Origin: Marsupella aquatica
Lineage: Eukaryota > Plantae > Marchantiophyta
Reading direction: 5' to 3'
Assembly (NCBI GenBank): GCA_973895155.1
Contig: OZ316898.1
Coordinates: 15,902,330 to 15,966,329 of the forward strand
DNA length: 64,000 bases
Shown: positions 46,001 through 57,220 of the stretch, in pieces
How positions within the stretch are numbered: position 1 is the stretch's first letter
Layout: the number at the start of each line of letters is the position of its first letter
Notes under the pieces: generated by a model
Seen by the model: the letters and a program-made list of their open reading frames with translations, nothing else
Databases searched by the model: none
Told to the model about the DNA's origin: nothing
Program-made: the position numbers and the translations under genes

Positions 46001-47650
46001 TCCTTCCTGGGCCTAAACACCTGCTCGATCGTAGGACTAACAGGTGGTTGAGGCTTCTCAGCCAACGGCCTCGGCGTTGGAGCTTCCTCGGGTGCCCTTA
46101 CCTGCAGGGGAAGTACCGGGGCAAAAGTCTGACCTCTGGCATACCGGCACAACAGCGGCATGTGATAGCCAAGCCGCGACACGCTCCCCATGCCGATTAC
46201 CTGCTGCTCCTCCTTTAAGATCTTCTTCAATTGGTTGAGGAGGTACCCGTTGTAGTCCCGGCTTGGGTCTGGCCTTTCTGCCAGATAGACCTGTGCCTTG
46301 CCGATCTCTGCCCTCGGCAAGTTACAATGCATGGTCACCCGCAAGAAGTCGATCATCTCTCCTATGTGCGGGTTGGTGCAGGTGTTCCGGAAGAAGCCAT
46401 TCTTCGTTGATGGCCCGGGGAACGACCGGAACTCCTTGTCAGGCAAGGTCTTCCTGGTATCAACTTTGGTCTTATTGCCTATCGGCAAGCCAAACACTTC
46501 GGCAATTACCTTGGGAGTAAGATAGAAATCCTTCCCATATATCCTCGTGCAATTGGTCTCGGGTTCCCATGACCCCACGAATTCTAATAGGTCTGACTCC
46601 GGTACCTCCGGCTTCAGCCATGGTAATCTTACAAAGGCCTCTAAGCCGGATCCGGCCATGAAGCCTTGGTACTTCTTGGTCTGCATGGCCGTAAAGCATG
46701 CATCCTCCTCCCGTGCAAAATGTAGTTGCACCTCCACCGGTAGGGTTGCCGCCCAGCCCTTCCAGGTGTCATCCCTGGTTGGAATGGCCTTGATGGGATC
46801 GACCTCCTCCTCTTCGGCTTCTCCCTGCCTCCTGCTCTGCTGCTCGGCTGGCCTCTTTGGTGCCGCCGACCTCGTTCTTTTTGCCGGGGTGGCTTCATCG
46901 TTGACGGCCCCCTTCCTCTTCATCTCTGCTGCCGTGGAGGTTTCTCCTAGCACCGTTGCCTGGGTCCACCTTTCCGTGCTACCCTTTAATTCCCAGTGTA
47001 TGTCGTTGCAGTTCTTGATGGCCTCTCGGATGCCGACGACGCTGTCTTTGCAAAACAGAAGATCGTCGAGTTGATTGGAAGTAGGCGTCCACAGGAACTC
47101 GTCCTTGATGAGTTCGCCTCCTAAGAAAGCCGTCTTCTGCAGCTCCCACAATCGAGCGAGCTCCTGCCATTCTCGAGCTGCCCTTTCTGACTCCTCGTTC
47201 TCGTAAGTCTTGATGTACTCAGTTGCCCGTTCGAACAGGCATCCCCAGAAATGTGCCGCCTGATTGACGTTGCTCATACCCTCCTTAGGTCGATCGTCGG
47301 TATCTATTCTCTCCCCGAGTGCTTGCCTAAGCAGCTGACAGTAGTTGGCCTCCCGTAGTCGTCTGCCTAGTTCGTGCTCGCAAATGAGCCACCATCTCCT
47401 GCAAGCGCTCCTTACCCCTCTCCTCTGCCGGTCCTTCTTCCCGTTGATCCTTCCTAGCCGCCGACGCTTAACGCGCCCTAACCCTAATCGGGTTTTCACC
47501 CTCAGCCTTACCTCCGGCCTCTGCCCGGGTTCCATGGTTGCCCCTAATTGTTTATATTTTCCTTGTTTTGTCCCTATACTAAGGTGTTCCTAGGGTGCCT
47601 TCCTGCTTTACCCACTTAACCGGCCGAGTGATTCCTGTCTAGGCATCACA
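43015..47650 (-). repeat. Element C 5' LTR (4636 bp)
   Basis: Bounded by PBS and TSD. Confidence 0.96.
43936..47535 (-). CDS. LTR-encoded 1199-aa protein: basic N-terminus, PMD-like domain, long coiled coil, NLS-like KKKRK
   Basis: Intact ORF; EFVGSWEPETNCTRIYGKDFYLTPKVIAEVFGLPIG resembles the PMD core LVERWRPETHTFHL..GEMTITL.DV..LLGLP. Confidence 0.88.
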   Translation of the reverse strand: MEPGQRPEVRLRVKTRLGLGRVKRRRLGRINGKKDRQRRGVRSACRRWWLICEHELGRRLREANYCQLLRQALGERIDTDDRPKEGMSNVNQAAHFWGCLFERATEYIKTYENEESERAAREWQELARLWELQKTAFLGGELIKDEFLWTPTSNQLDDLLFCKDSVVGIREAIKNCNDIHWELKGSTERWTQATVLGETSTAAEMKRKGAVNDEATPAKRTRSAAPKRPAEQQSRRQGEAEEEEVDPIKAIPTRDDTWKGWAATLPVEVQLHFAREEDACFTAMQTKKYQGFMAGSGLEAFVRLPWLKPEVPESDLLEFVGSWEPETNCTRIYGKDFYLTPKVIAEVFGLPIGNKTKVDTRKTLPDKEFRSFPGPSTKNGFFRNTCTNPHIGEMIDFLRVTMHCNLPRAEIGKAQVYLAERPDPSRDYNGYLLNQLKKILKEEQQVIGMGSVSRLGYHMPLLCRYARGQTFAPVLPLQVRAPEEAPTPRPLAEKPQPPVSPTIEQVFRPRKEDLPMQQPGMQSLLKLLEKEKKSASATTTATATMQDTTTEVGLHRLTRENPFAGDKERIRPESKPGVRMYVGTSSSKSEAELPEAPTDEEEREKPDVQEVEEAVEDCSHDNSGYGSDHHVPGVRTCGRFVPTLPRVVRGDPNQQSSPESPPPDVAPPSFDGIKQTVQEFQERIKQEEEAALAKEKDLPGGDWPEDIRRLAEKGSKPLATIEEIRRTAWEQRPRWAMPITSTYSTYAKNRAMEYGEMCGELALGIFGEELEVGPFFHREQLEKHQLEEAVDLERSKKDEVIRRLRRMEAEIEDLRAAKKAQDELRIKRHELNIMQGQLDTAQADNQNIKDKLTQTQEELADTIKEREKWKQELKNTEEAHITANSRAMAETQRKEWALKGELEKIRGALEQKEVELGKSYQGIMALQQELASLTASFKADLREKDEMLEQTYAKMNQMESVIIAELDKELRATQEERATLKKELEEAHREQEEAKNELEGARKDLDETQEELEEITRKMENLQRRADNQTERLKKQAAVFKCLAAAGPSPVGTNQLPGVVIAEGQAAPPAPVPEVSGKGKGPAAEPPTKKKRKPSGSRSNTTSQAVVIKEVDPAPTPDRVTARDPTTLGEGEAEAEGVAEAEAVGIAEAGVEAEAKGGPSQADGELTQSRAGNLSENEPTAVAEEEALGASIKDPPPVS

Positions 47651-47969
47651 ATGTGGGCACTCTTCACACAAGTTAATGCGATACACAAATAGCAAAATGA
47701 CTCCTTCTGACTGAGTTATACCATGCACTTGCCATACAAATAGTACATCTCATACACAAGTTCTGCGAACTAAGCCGTGAGGCCAACTCTATTCAGCTCT
47801 TAGGCATGAGGACACATGAATATACACAAGGGTCACTGTATAACTAACCGAGAGCTTCTCTTACTACTTGATCCCAGCCCTGCTGGTGCAACTAAAAACT
47901 TGCTAAAGAAGAGGCCCTGGACTCCCCGCTGCCCAGGTACTTATCCTGGTAGTGGATCTGCCAATTCTT

Positions 47970-48399
47970 CCTTGGAATATATTTTGTGTTTTATAAATAA
48001 ACAAGCCACAAAAACCCCGTGGCAGGGGGAAGCAAGCAGAACACGTCAAGTACAGCAACGGAAACATCAGTCCACAGGGGCAAGACACCGGAAGAACCAA
48101 AAATAGTCCATCCACTCCAATGTCAATATCGGGTGACCGATGTCACCCACCCATCACGTCGGGTGAGCCATACCACTCTCTCTACATTTAGCTATTCGCG
48201 TGCATGAAGTAATCTACTGTGTCTTCTATTTCGGGGTAGACCATGTCCAACAGCAGCAACATGGTCTGAGGCCTCCGAAAGCAAAAACCTAAAGTCAAAT
48301 CTACGCGTACCCGCTACTTGAAACATATGCTCATTCCTACCAGTCCACAGCATCCATAGCATCTGATACAGCACAAACATTTTCACTACTTTCATGGGT
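47970..48399 (-). mobile_element. 5'-truncated LINE (L1-like) 3' end
   Basis: LWMLWTGRNEHMF is the WxxWxxRNxxxF motif of L1-clade ORF2 C-termini; flanked by a 44-bp duplication. Confidence 0.7.
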
Positions 48400-49545
48400 C
48401 CGCTGCCCACGTATTTATCCTGGTAGTGGATCGGCCAATTCTTAGCAGCGTAAGCTTAATCTATCCTACCTGTAATCTACCTAACTGCAATCTACCTATG
48501 TACAGCGAGGCAGGAATACAAGTGTTGCTCCTACCAGTGGATCCCCAATCCCACTAATCTAAGTGTCAGGGCCGTCTCCTGGTCCTGATCCTCAGCCTAA
48601 ACTTGGAGATCCGAGCCCGTCCTGCCCACTCACGCCTCCTACCTCCACGTCCGCCCTTCGTAAAAGGAATGGCGCCCTTGCACCGTCACGACACCGGTGG
48701 TGGATCCTCAATGGACGGCCCCCCAACGCTTCCCCCGCAGCCACTGCCGTCGGTCCTTCCTCTGACAGATTACCTGCCCCGAACCGAGTCAACTCTTCAT
48801 CAGCCTGATTGGGTCCACCTTTGGCTTTGGCATCAGTATTGGCCACGGCCTCCCCGACTATGGTTTCCTCGGCTGGCTCTAGTGGTGGGTTTGTTTCCAC
48901 GGCTTCATCAATAGTTGTCCCGGCCTCGGCCTTGCCATCCCCACCTTCCTTGACAGGTGGATCCATTGTTGTGACCATGCTGGAGGTTGGTGTTGGGTTT
49001 ACCTCCTTGGTCACGACGGCTTGAGGAGCCGTAGTACTCCCTGACCCATAAGGTTTCCGCTTCTTCTTCTTCTTTGGTTTGGCAGCTGGCCCTGTAAGTA
49101 GTGAGTAATTCCAAAAGTATAAAGAAACTGGGAATTTTTAAAAAAATTTGAGGTATTTAAACTATGTTTACTGCTAACCGTAGAGTAAACTGCGTTCCGA
49201 CTAAACTCTGACAATTTACAAGTCGCTAAGTAAACTTCTTACGAGTTTACTAGTTTACTAGATTATGGGTTTACGAGTTGAGTCTGATTACGGGTTTACG
49301 AGTTGAGTCTAATTACGGGTTGACGAGTTACGAGTTAAGGGTTACGAGTTTGCAGTGTGCGGAGGAGCCTTACGATCGCGACGTCTTACGGCTATCTCAA
49401 CGGACCTTTCTACGGGTTGGGAGTATGCGACGAGAGCAGCTGAAGCGCAATAGAGGAACGTGCCTTGTTAAGATCTCTTCTGCCTCTATCTTATTCCACG
49501 ATCTTAGTAGCAACTCGAGCAGCAAGAACATCCGGAGAACCAGCT

Positions 49546-52500
49546 ATGGCAGACCTCGGAGCTGATGAGCAGTACCGCGTTGAATCCCTGGTGTTTCCCT
49601 GTGGTGCGTCCCATGGCTCTCTAAACCCAAGAAACCCCCCAGCACAAGCCGATTCCCGCAGGTTTCACGCTTGGCGAGGCTGTTTCCGCGGCTTAGCGGC
49701 ATGGGACGCTGCTAATCTCCTTCTACTATTACTATTAGCCTTTTACACACATATACTGGACAGATCCTTCATCGGGTCATGAGATACGTAGCCGGCCTAA
49801 TCTAGGCCTTCCCTTGTCTTCCTCTCCTTCTGGTTAGGTATGTTTGGATTCCGCCGCCGGAATGATCCCCAATAGGCTTGGTTAAGCCGCTAAGACCTCT
49901 CTCAGCTCGACACATCCAACTCTCACTCCCTTGCTTACTTTCCTTCCTTCTAGTTGATGTGGGCACTCTTCACACAAGTTAATGCGACACACAAATAGCA
50001 AAATCACTCCTTCTGACTGAGTCATACCATGCACTTGCCATACAAACAGTACATCTCATACACAAGCTCTGCGAACTAAGCCGTGAGGCCAACTCTATTC
50101 AGCTCTTAGGCATGAGGAAACATGAATATACACAAGGTCACGGTATGACTAACCGAGAGCTTCTCTTACTACTTGATCCCAGCCCGGTTGGTGCAAACTA
50201 AAAACTTGCTAAAGAAGAGGCCCTGAGCTCCCCGCTGCCCAAGTATTTATCTTGGTAGTGGATCCGCCTAATTCTTTGCAGCGTAAGCCTAACCTACCTA
50301 ACAGTAATCTACCTGCCCGAATCTACCTATGTACAGCAAGGCAGGAGCACAAGTGTTGCTCCTACCAGTGGAACCGCAATCCCACTAAGCTAAGTGTCAG
50401 GGCCGCTCCTGGTCCTGATCCTAATCCTAAACTTGGAGATCAGCGCCCGCCCTGCCCACTCACGCCTCCTACCTCCACGTCCACCCTTCCTAAAAGGAAC
50501 GGCGCCCTTGCACCATCACGACACCGGTGGTGGATCCTCAATGGACGCCCCCAATGCTTCCTCCGCAACCACTGCCGTTGGTCCGTCCTCTGACAGATTA
50601 CCTGCCTCTGACCGAGTCAACTTTTCATCGGCCTGACTGGGCCCACCCTTGGCTTCGGCATCAGCTCGGGAATCATTCTCGGCTACGGCCGCAGCCTCGG
50701 CTTCAGCCACTGTCTCCCCGGCCTGCTCAAGAGGTGGATCTGGGATACCGGCCTCATTGCTGAGTAGTTCGGCTTGGGCCGCGCCATCCCCACCTTTGGT
50801 GATAGCGGAATCTATTGCCGTGTTCATGCCGGAGATTAGTGCCGGTTTGAGTACGGCTTGAGGGGTCGAATAACCTCCGGACCCCGAAGGTTTTCGCTTC
50901 TTCTTATTCACTATCTCCACAGCCTGTTCCTTCCCCTTGCCGCCAACATCCGGCACCGGGCCGTGTGTCACGGCTGGTCCTTCGGTAATTACCACCCCTG
51001 GTAACTGGTTTGCCCCAACGGGAGATGGACCTGATGCAGCTAAGCATTTAAATACTGCGGCTTGTTTCTTCAGCCGCTCAGTTTGATTGTCGGCCCGCCG
51101 CTGTAGGTTCTCCATCTTCCTTGTGATTTCCTCCAACTCCTCCTGGGTCTCATCCAGGTCCTTACGTGCCTTCTCCAGCTCGTTTTTGGCTTCCTCCAAT
51201 TCCCTGTGGGCTTCCTCCAATTCCTTCTTGGTGGTAGCCCTCTCCTCCCGGGTTGCTCTTAGCTCCTTGTTGAGCTCCGCTACGACCTCAGACTCCATGT
51301 TATTCATCTTGGCATAAGTCTGGTCAAGCTGGGCGTCCTTCTCTCGCAGGTCGGCCTTGAAGCTGGCCGACAGGGACGCAAGCTCCTGCTGTAGCGCAAT
51401 AATCCCTTGATAGGATTTCCCTAACTCGGCCTCCTTCTGTTCAAGGGCTCCGCGGATTTTCTGGAGCTCTCCCTTCAGCGCCCTCTCCCTTCTCTGAGTC
51501 TCCGCCGTGACCCGGTTGTTGACTGCTATATGGGCCTCCTCTGCATTTCTCAGCTCCTTCTTCCATTTCTCCCTGTCCTTGATTGCGTTGGCCAATTCTC
51601 CCTGGGTCTGAGTCAGTTTATCCTTGATAATCTGATTATCAGCCTACGCGGTGTCCAACTGCCCCTGCATGATGTTCAGCTCATGCCGCTTAATCCGCAG
51701 TTCATCTTGGGCTTTCTTGGCCGCCCTTAGATCTTCAATCTCGGCTTCCATCCTCCTAAGCCGCCGGATGACCTCGTCCTTCTTGCTTCTCTCTAAAGCC
51801 ACCGCTTCTTCTAATTGGTGCTTCTCCAACTGCTCCCTATGGAAAAAGGGTCCTACCTCCAACTCCTCCCCAAAGATGCCGAGCGCAAGTTCCCCACACA
51901 TCTCACCATACTCCATGGCTCTATTCTTAGCGTAGATGGAATAAGTAGAAGTGATCGGCATCGCCCATCGCGGCCTCTGCTCCCAAGCCGTCTTGCGGAT
52001 CTCTTCAATCATGGCTAGAGGTTTGCTTCCTTTTTCGGCTAGCCGCCTGATGTCCTCCGGCCAATCTCCTCCTGGCAAATCCTTTTCCCTAGCCAGGGCT
52101 GCCTCCTCTTCCTGCCTGATTCGCTCCTGAAATTCCTGCACCGTCTGTTTTATGCCGTCAAAGCTCGGGGGAGCAACATCTGGTGGGGGAGACTCAGGGC
52201 TACTCTGCTGGTTGGGGTCCCCTCGTACTACCCTTGGAAGTGTGGGGATAAACCGGCCACAGGTCCTTACTCCTGGAACATGATGGTCCGACCCATAGCC
52301 GGAGTTATCATGGCTGCAGTCCTCCACTGCCTCCTCTATTTCTTGGACTTCCGGCTTCTCCCTCTCTTCGTCGGTAGGAGCTTCAGGCAATTCTGCCTCA
52401 AATTCAGAGCTTGAGACTCCCACGTACATTCGAACACCCGGCTTGGATTCTGGCCTGATTCTGCTTAGGTTGACCTCTGGGGCAGTGTCCTGTATTGGTG

Positions 52501-55500
52501 CTGCTGCCGAAGCCGGGTCCAGTGCCGTCTTTTCCTTCTCTAGCATTTTCAGCAGATTCTGTATGCTTGGTTGCTGCATCGGCAAGTCTTCCTGCCTTGG
52601 CCTGAACACCTGCTCGATTGTAGGACTGTCAGGTGGTTGAGGCTTCTCTGCTACCGGCCTCGGTGCTGGAGCTTCCTCGGGTGCCCTTACCTGCAGGGGA
52701 AGTACTGGGGCAAAGGTCTGACCTCTGGCATACCGGCACAACAACGGCATGTGATAGCCAAGCCGCGACACGCTCCCCATGCCGATTACCTGCTGCTCCT
52801 CCTTTAAGATCTTCTTCAATTGGTTGAGGAGGTACCCATTGTAGTCCCGGCTTGGGTCTGGCCTCTCTGCTAGATAGACCTGTGCCTTGCCGATCTCTGC
52901 CCTCGGCAAGTTACAATGCATGGTCACCCGCAAGAAGTCGATCATCTCTCCTATGTGCGGGTTGGTGCAGGTGTTCCGGAAGAAGCCATTCTTCGTTGAT
53001 GGCCCGGGGAACGACCGGAACTCCTTGTAAGGCAAGGTCTTCCTGGTATCAACTTTGGTCTTATTGCCTATCGGCAAGCCAAACACTTCGGCAATCACCT
53101 TGGGAGTAAGATAGAAATCCTTCCCATATATCCTCGTGCAATTGGTCTCGGGTTCCCATGACCCCACGAATTCTAATAGGTCTGACTCCGGTACCTCCGG
53201 CTTCAGCCATGGTAATCTTACAAAGGCCTCTAAGCCGGATCCGGCCATGAAGCCTTGGTACTTCTTGGTCTGCATGGCTGTAAAGCATGCATCCTCCTCC
53301 CATGCAAAATGTAGTTGCACCTCCGCTGGTAGGGTTGCCGCCCAGCCTTTCCAGGTGTCATCCCTGGTTGGAATGGCATTGATGGGATCGACCTCTTTGG
53401 CTTCTCCCTGCCTCCTACTCTGCTGCTCGACTGGCTTCTTTGGTGCCGCCGACCTCGTTCTTTTTGCCGGGGTGGCTTCATCATTGACGGCTCCCTCCTC
53501 TTCATCTCGGCTGCCGTGGAGGTTTCTCCTAGCACCGTTGCTTGGGTCCACCTTTCCGTGCTACCCTTCAATTCCCAGTGTATGTCGTTGCAGTTCTTGA
53601 TGGCCTCTCAAATGCCGATGATTCTGTCTTCGCAAAATAGAAGATCGTCGAGCTGATTGGAAGTAGGAGTCCACAAGAACTCGGCCTTGATGAGTTCTCC
53701 TCCTAAGAAAGCCGTCTTTTGCAGCTCCCACAATCGAGCGAGCTCCTATCGTTCTCAAGCTGCCCTTTCTGATTCTTCGTCCTCGTAAGTCTTGATGTAC
53801 TCAGTTGCCCGTTCGAACAGGCATCCCCAGAAATGTGCCGCTTGATTGACGTTGCTCATACCCTCCTTAGGTCGATCGTCGGTATCTACTCTCTCCCTGA
53901 GTGCTTGCCTAAGCAGCTGACAGTAGTTGGCCTCCCGTAGTAGTCTGCCTAGTTCGCGCTCGCAAATGAGCCACCATCTCCTGCAAGCGCTCCTTACCCC
54001 TCTCCTCTTCCGGTCCTTTCTCCCGTTGATCCTTCCTAGCCGCCGATGCTTAGCGCGCCCTAACCCTAATCTTGTTTTCACCCCCAGCGTCCTTACCTCC
54101 GGCCTTGGCCCGGGTTCCATAGTCGCCCCTAATTGTTTATATTTTCCTTGTTTTGTCCCTATACTAAGGTGTTTCTAGGGTGCACTCCTGCTTTACCCAC
54201 TTAACTGGCCGAGTGATTCCTGGCTAGGCATCACATTCCCAAGGCAGTGTTGGTCCAAATCCCACAGGCGCTCGATAGCTACGCCAATTTAAGGATGATG
54301 CTACAGCAGCTGGGGTTAGAACTCCTCTTGCATATACCATGGAATGTGGAATTAGACACATACTTGCAAGATTTTGTCAAAGGCACTACTATTTCCCCTG
54401 AATTCCATCAAACAATCCGAGCTCGACCAAGTCTGTGGACAGTAGAACAGATTTCTTTTGCCTTCGGTTGCTCATCAAAAGGATCGGCATTGTATTCCAA
54501 GAAGAAGGACTTGTCATCTCCTTACTTCTCTGGAATCAGAAACCTCGCAAATGGATGGAATCTGACTCAGTGCAATTACCCTGATCTGAGAATTCTTTTG
54601 GAATTTCTAGTACCCATTCTCCATCCGAAAAAGCCAACTATCTGCCCTGTGTCCTTGGCTAACACTATTGTAGCTGCTCACAGTCGAGTTATAAAAGTAA
54701 ATTGGGCCCTACTTTTATTTAACGTTATGAAAGATCAAGTGAGGAGCTTGAAAGCAAGGAGGACTACTTACTTACAACATTATCTCTCTCAACTCTATTA
54801 TACCTATGACTGTTTACATTTCGAGGAGAGAACAGAAAGGGGATTACTTCTGATCGAGATGGGCATTGAGGAAGAAATCGATGTGGAAGAACCAGTGGAT
54901 GCCATTTCCCTGAAATCCAATAATGAGGATATTGATATGGATATAGAAAATGTATCTGTAGGAGATCTTGAAGCTTTGCCTGAACACAACTTGGAGTTAG
55001 TCCAACACCCTCTGAATAACCAAGTGTACTCACGAGAAGTCAACATGGGAGAACAACCTGCAGCTGAAGAAGGTGAAGAGGATGAAGACCTCTTTGAGCA
55101 ACAAGAGCATATTGCGGAACCAACAATTGCTGTCATCCTAAGGACCAACTCGCCCACTCCTTCGAAAGCAGAATCAAATCAGCAACTTATTGATAAGTTG
55201 ATATCTCTTCTCAGTTGCAGTGATGATGGACTCCATGATGCTGTTAATGATTTAAGAATGGAAGCTGTCAGCTTGAAGTCACCATTCCTTGACCGGTTAA
55301 GCCCTTCAGGATGATCTCCCCCCAGGAGAATCAACACCAATGGAATATGTGACTCTCACCCTTGCTACTCAACAGGTCCCTCTTCTAAAATCAAGTGACC
55401 TTGTTCCAGTGACAGAAGATATCAGTTGTGCAGCTATCGTAGATGATCTACTAGAGATACTACAGTGTGAACCTCGACAGATAACATCTGTGGTCAACAA

Positions 55501-56615
55501 CTTAGTGCAGCAATGTCCAACTGCTACACCTTCTCTTAGTCCAAGTTCCCACCCTTACAGTCCTGATTCCAACTACGAACCCACAGAAGGACCCGCTCTA
55601 CAATCAGCCACAGTATGAGCATCCTTACGTTCGAGAGGATCTACCTGAAGATTCTGATCCACCCTCTGATTTTAATTCCATTCAATCTTATGATAACTCC
55701 TTAACACCGTCACCAAGGCAGGGATTTGAAGATGTTGATACTGCCTTAAGATCCAATCCAAACTTAGTAGCAGTTATCACCTCGTCTACTCAGACCCCCC
55801 GGAATGTTGTTATCGAGAACAAATACCCGAGACCCCCCGAATTCCAAGTACGCAGGTATGTGGAGACCTGTAAGATTATGCAGGCCAACAGACCACCGGT
55901 TGGAGAGTTCTGGAGATATTATTATATCAAGAAGACGGAGGCCAGTTATATCTTCGACCTCAGGTGTTTTGGGACTTCCAGGGTGGAGATGGCACAATTT
56001 GATGAGTTCTGGACTGACTCTCTCTACTTCCGACCTACTCTTGCTATGATGCTACTTCAAGGTGATGTAGAGGTAGAGGATCCAGATTTGGTTTTGGCAT
56101 ACTTCGGAAACTTTGCAGCCTATGCCCTGGATTTTGTGGTTTCTTTCCTGATGCAGAGTAAGAAGTCTACTGCTCTACAACATGATTACATTCCTCAAGA
56201 GCCCAAAGTTACCCTTGTTTCAACCAGTTCATTGGCTGAGAAACAAAGGATTTGGAATAATGTCACCACTCAGACCTTGACACACTTCAATCGGTACTTC
56301 AGAGATGTCAGATGGAGACTTCGACCTTTCTATTCTAGGATGATGAATAGTGATGAGTTCCTGTATCATTATCCCCAAGTATATGCTGCTACCTGCAACA
56401 ACTATGATGTGATCGGAATGTATAGAGAAGCTCTTCGTATAGATTCATGTTATTTGATGAAGAGAATGCCTTTGATGTATCCTGAGAGACAACTGAGATG
56501 CCTACCTTACTCCAGAGGATCCCCACGCCAAGCTGAGCTGATAGAGGTTACCCAGAATCGAACTATTATCCTTGTGGAGCTACTCGAACCAGAGGACATC
56601 CGACAACAAGCTTGA
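49546..56615 (+). pseudogene. Element D extra ORF (PMD/plant-transposon-protein-like), split by the solo C LTR
   Basis: MADLGADEQYRVESLVFP|KAVLVQIPQ rejoins in frame; continues through 54247-55314, 55340-55618, 55860-56615 with stops and frameshifts. Confidence 0.75.
49600..54235 (-). mobile_element. Family C solo LTR (4636 bp) with a decayed ORF (54120-50516)
   Basis: Both termini present; perfect TSD TTCCC (49595-49599/54236-54240); no PBS or PPT flanks. Confidence 0.97.
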
Positions 56616-57220
56616 AGAAGTCTTTAAATGTTTTTAGTTAGTTTTTAGAGTAGTGCATCTCATCTGATTTTTATAAAAGCGTTCTAGAGCTTTGGAAGCT
56701 GTCATACTTCTTTAGTGTATAGTCTGTACCTAGCAAAACCTCCTGGCAAAATCTCAGAGTTTTCTGACTTATAGTTAGGAAGTTAAAAATAGTTGAATTC
56801 ATCAAATCTTTACTTTACCGCGATTACGAGTTACGAGTCAATGACCTTACGAGTTTACGACTTTATGTTTTTATGAGTTTACTAGTTTACGAGTATAAGT
56901 CATTTACTAGTTACTAGTTTACGAGTTCAGACTTAGTCATTTTTCCGACTTTTCACTCACAGTTTTGTAGTTTTAAAATTTTGAGGGGTATGAAGAGGCA
57001 TGTCTCTTCGACACTGTGACCTCTCACTCGGTAGATTTTTACTATAAGATAGCTCTACCACTAGTGTAGTTTATGGTAAAGTCTAGCAATTTTTGCCTTT
57101 CCTTGGTGCTCTGCCAGTTGATCATGAATGTTAAGAGTTCGAGATCAAGCTTGACACCAGGAGAAAACTTTCCTCCTTCTTGTGGTTTAATCCTTTGAAT
57201 AAATCATGGGAAGTAAAATT

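Larger units (their letters stand above)
30534..47650 (-). mobile_element. Element C: full-length young Ty3/gypsy with giant protein-coding LTRs
   Basis: LTR ends TGTGATGC...GCACCACA; TSD ACGTG/ATGTG; PBS TGGCGCTAGATGGAGGGGG (43010-42992); PPT TTAAGTGGGGAGCTA (36805-36791). Confidence 0.97.
30171..49092 (-). mobile_element. Older family C LTR, split into 30171-30533, 47651-47969 and 48400-49092
   Basis: Pieces are colinear with LTR 43015-44300; interrupted by the full-length C element, a LINE fragment and element D. Confidence 0.9.
49093..57220 (+). mobile_element. Element D: gypsy-derived segment or long LTR starting TGTAAG with an extra ORF; right end not seen
   Basis: Sharp junction with the old C LTR at 49092/49093; ORF homologous to the element A extra ORF; TTACGAGT arrays at both ends. 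Confidence 0.65.

Noticed and set aside
43936-47535. env gene or captured host myosin/SMC gene
   Set aside because: No signal peptide or transmembrane segment seen; intronless; coiled-coil similarity is non-specific.
30534-47650. Segmental duplication or two tandem elements
   Set aside because: PBS, PPT, TSD and an identical-length solo copy show the 4.6-kb repeats are real LTRs.
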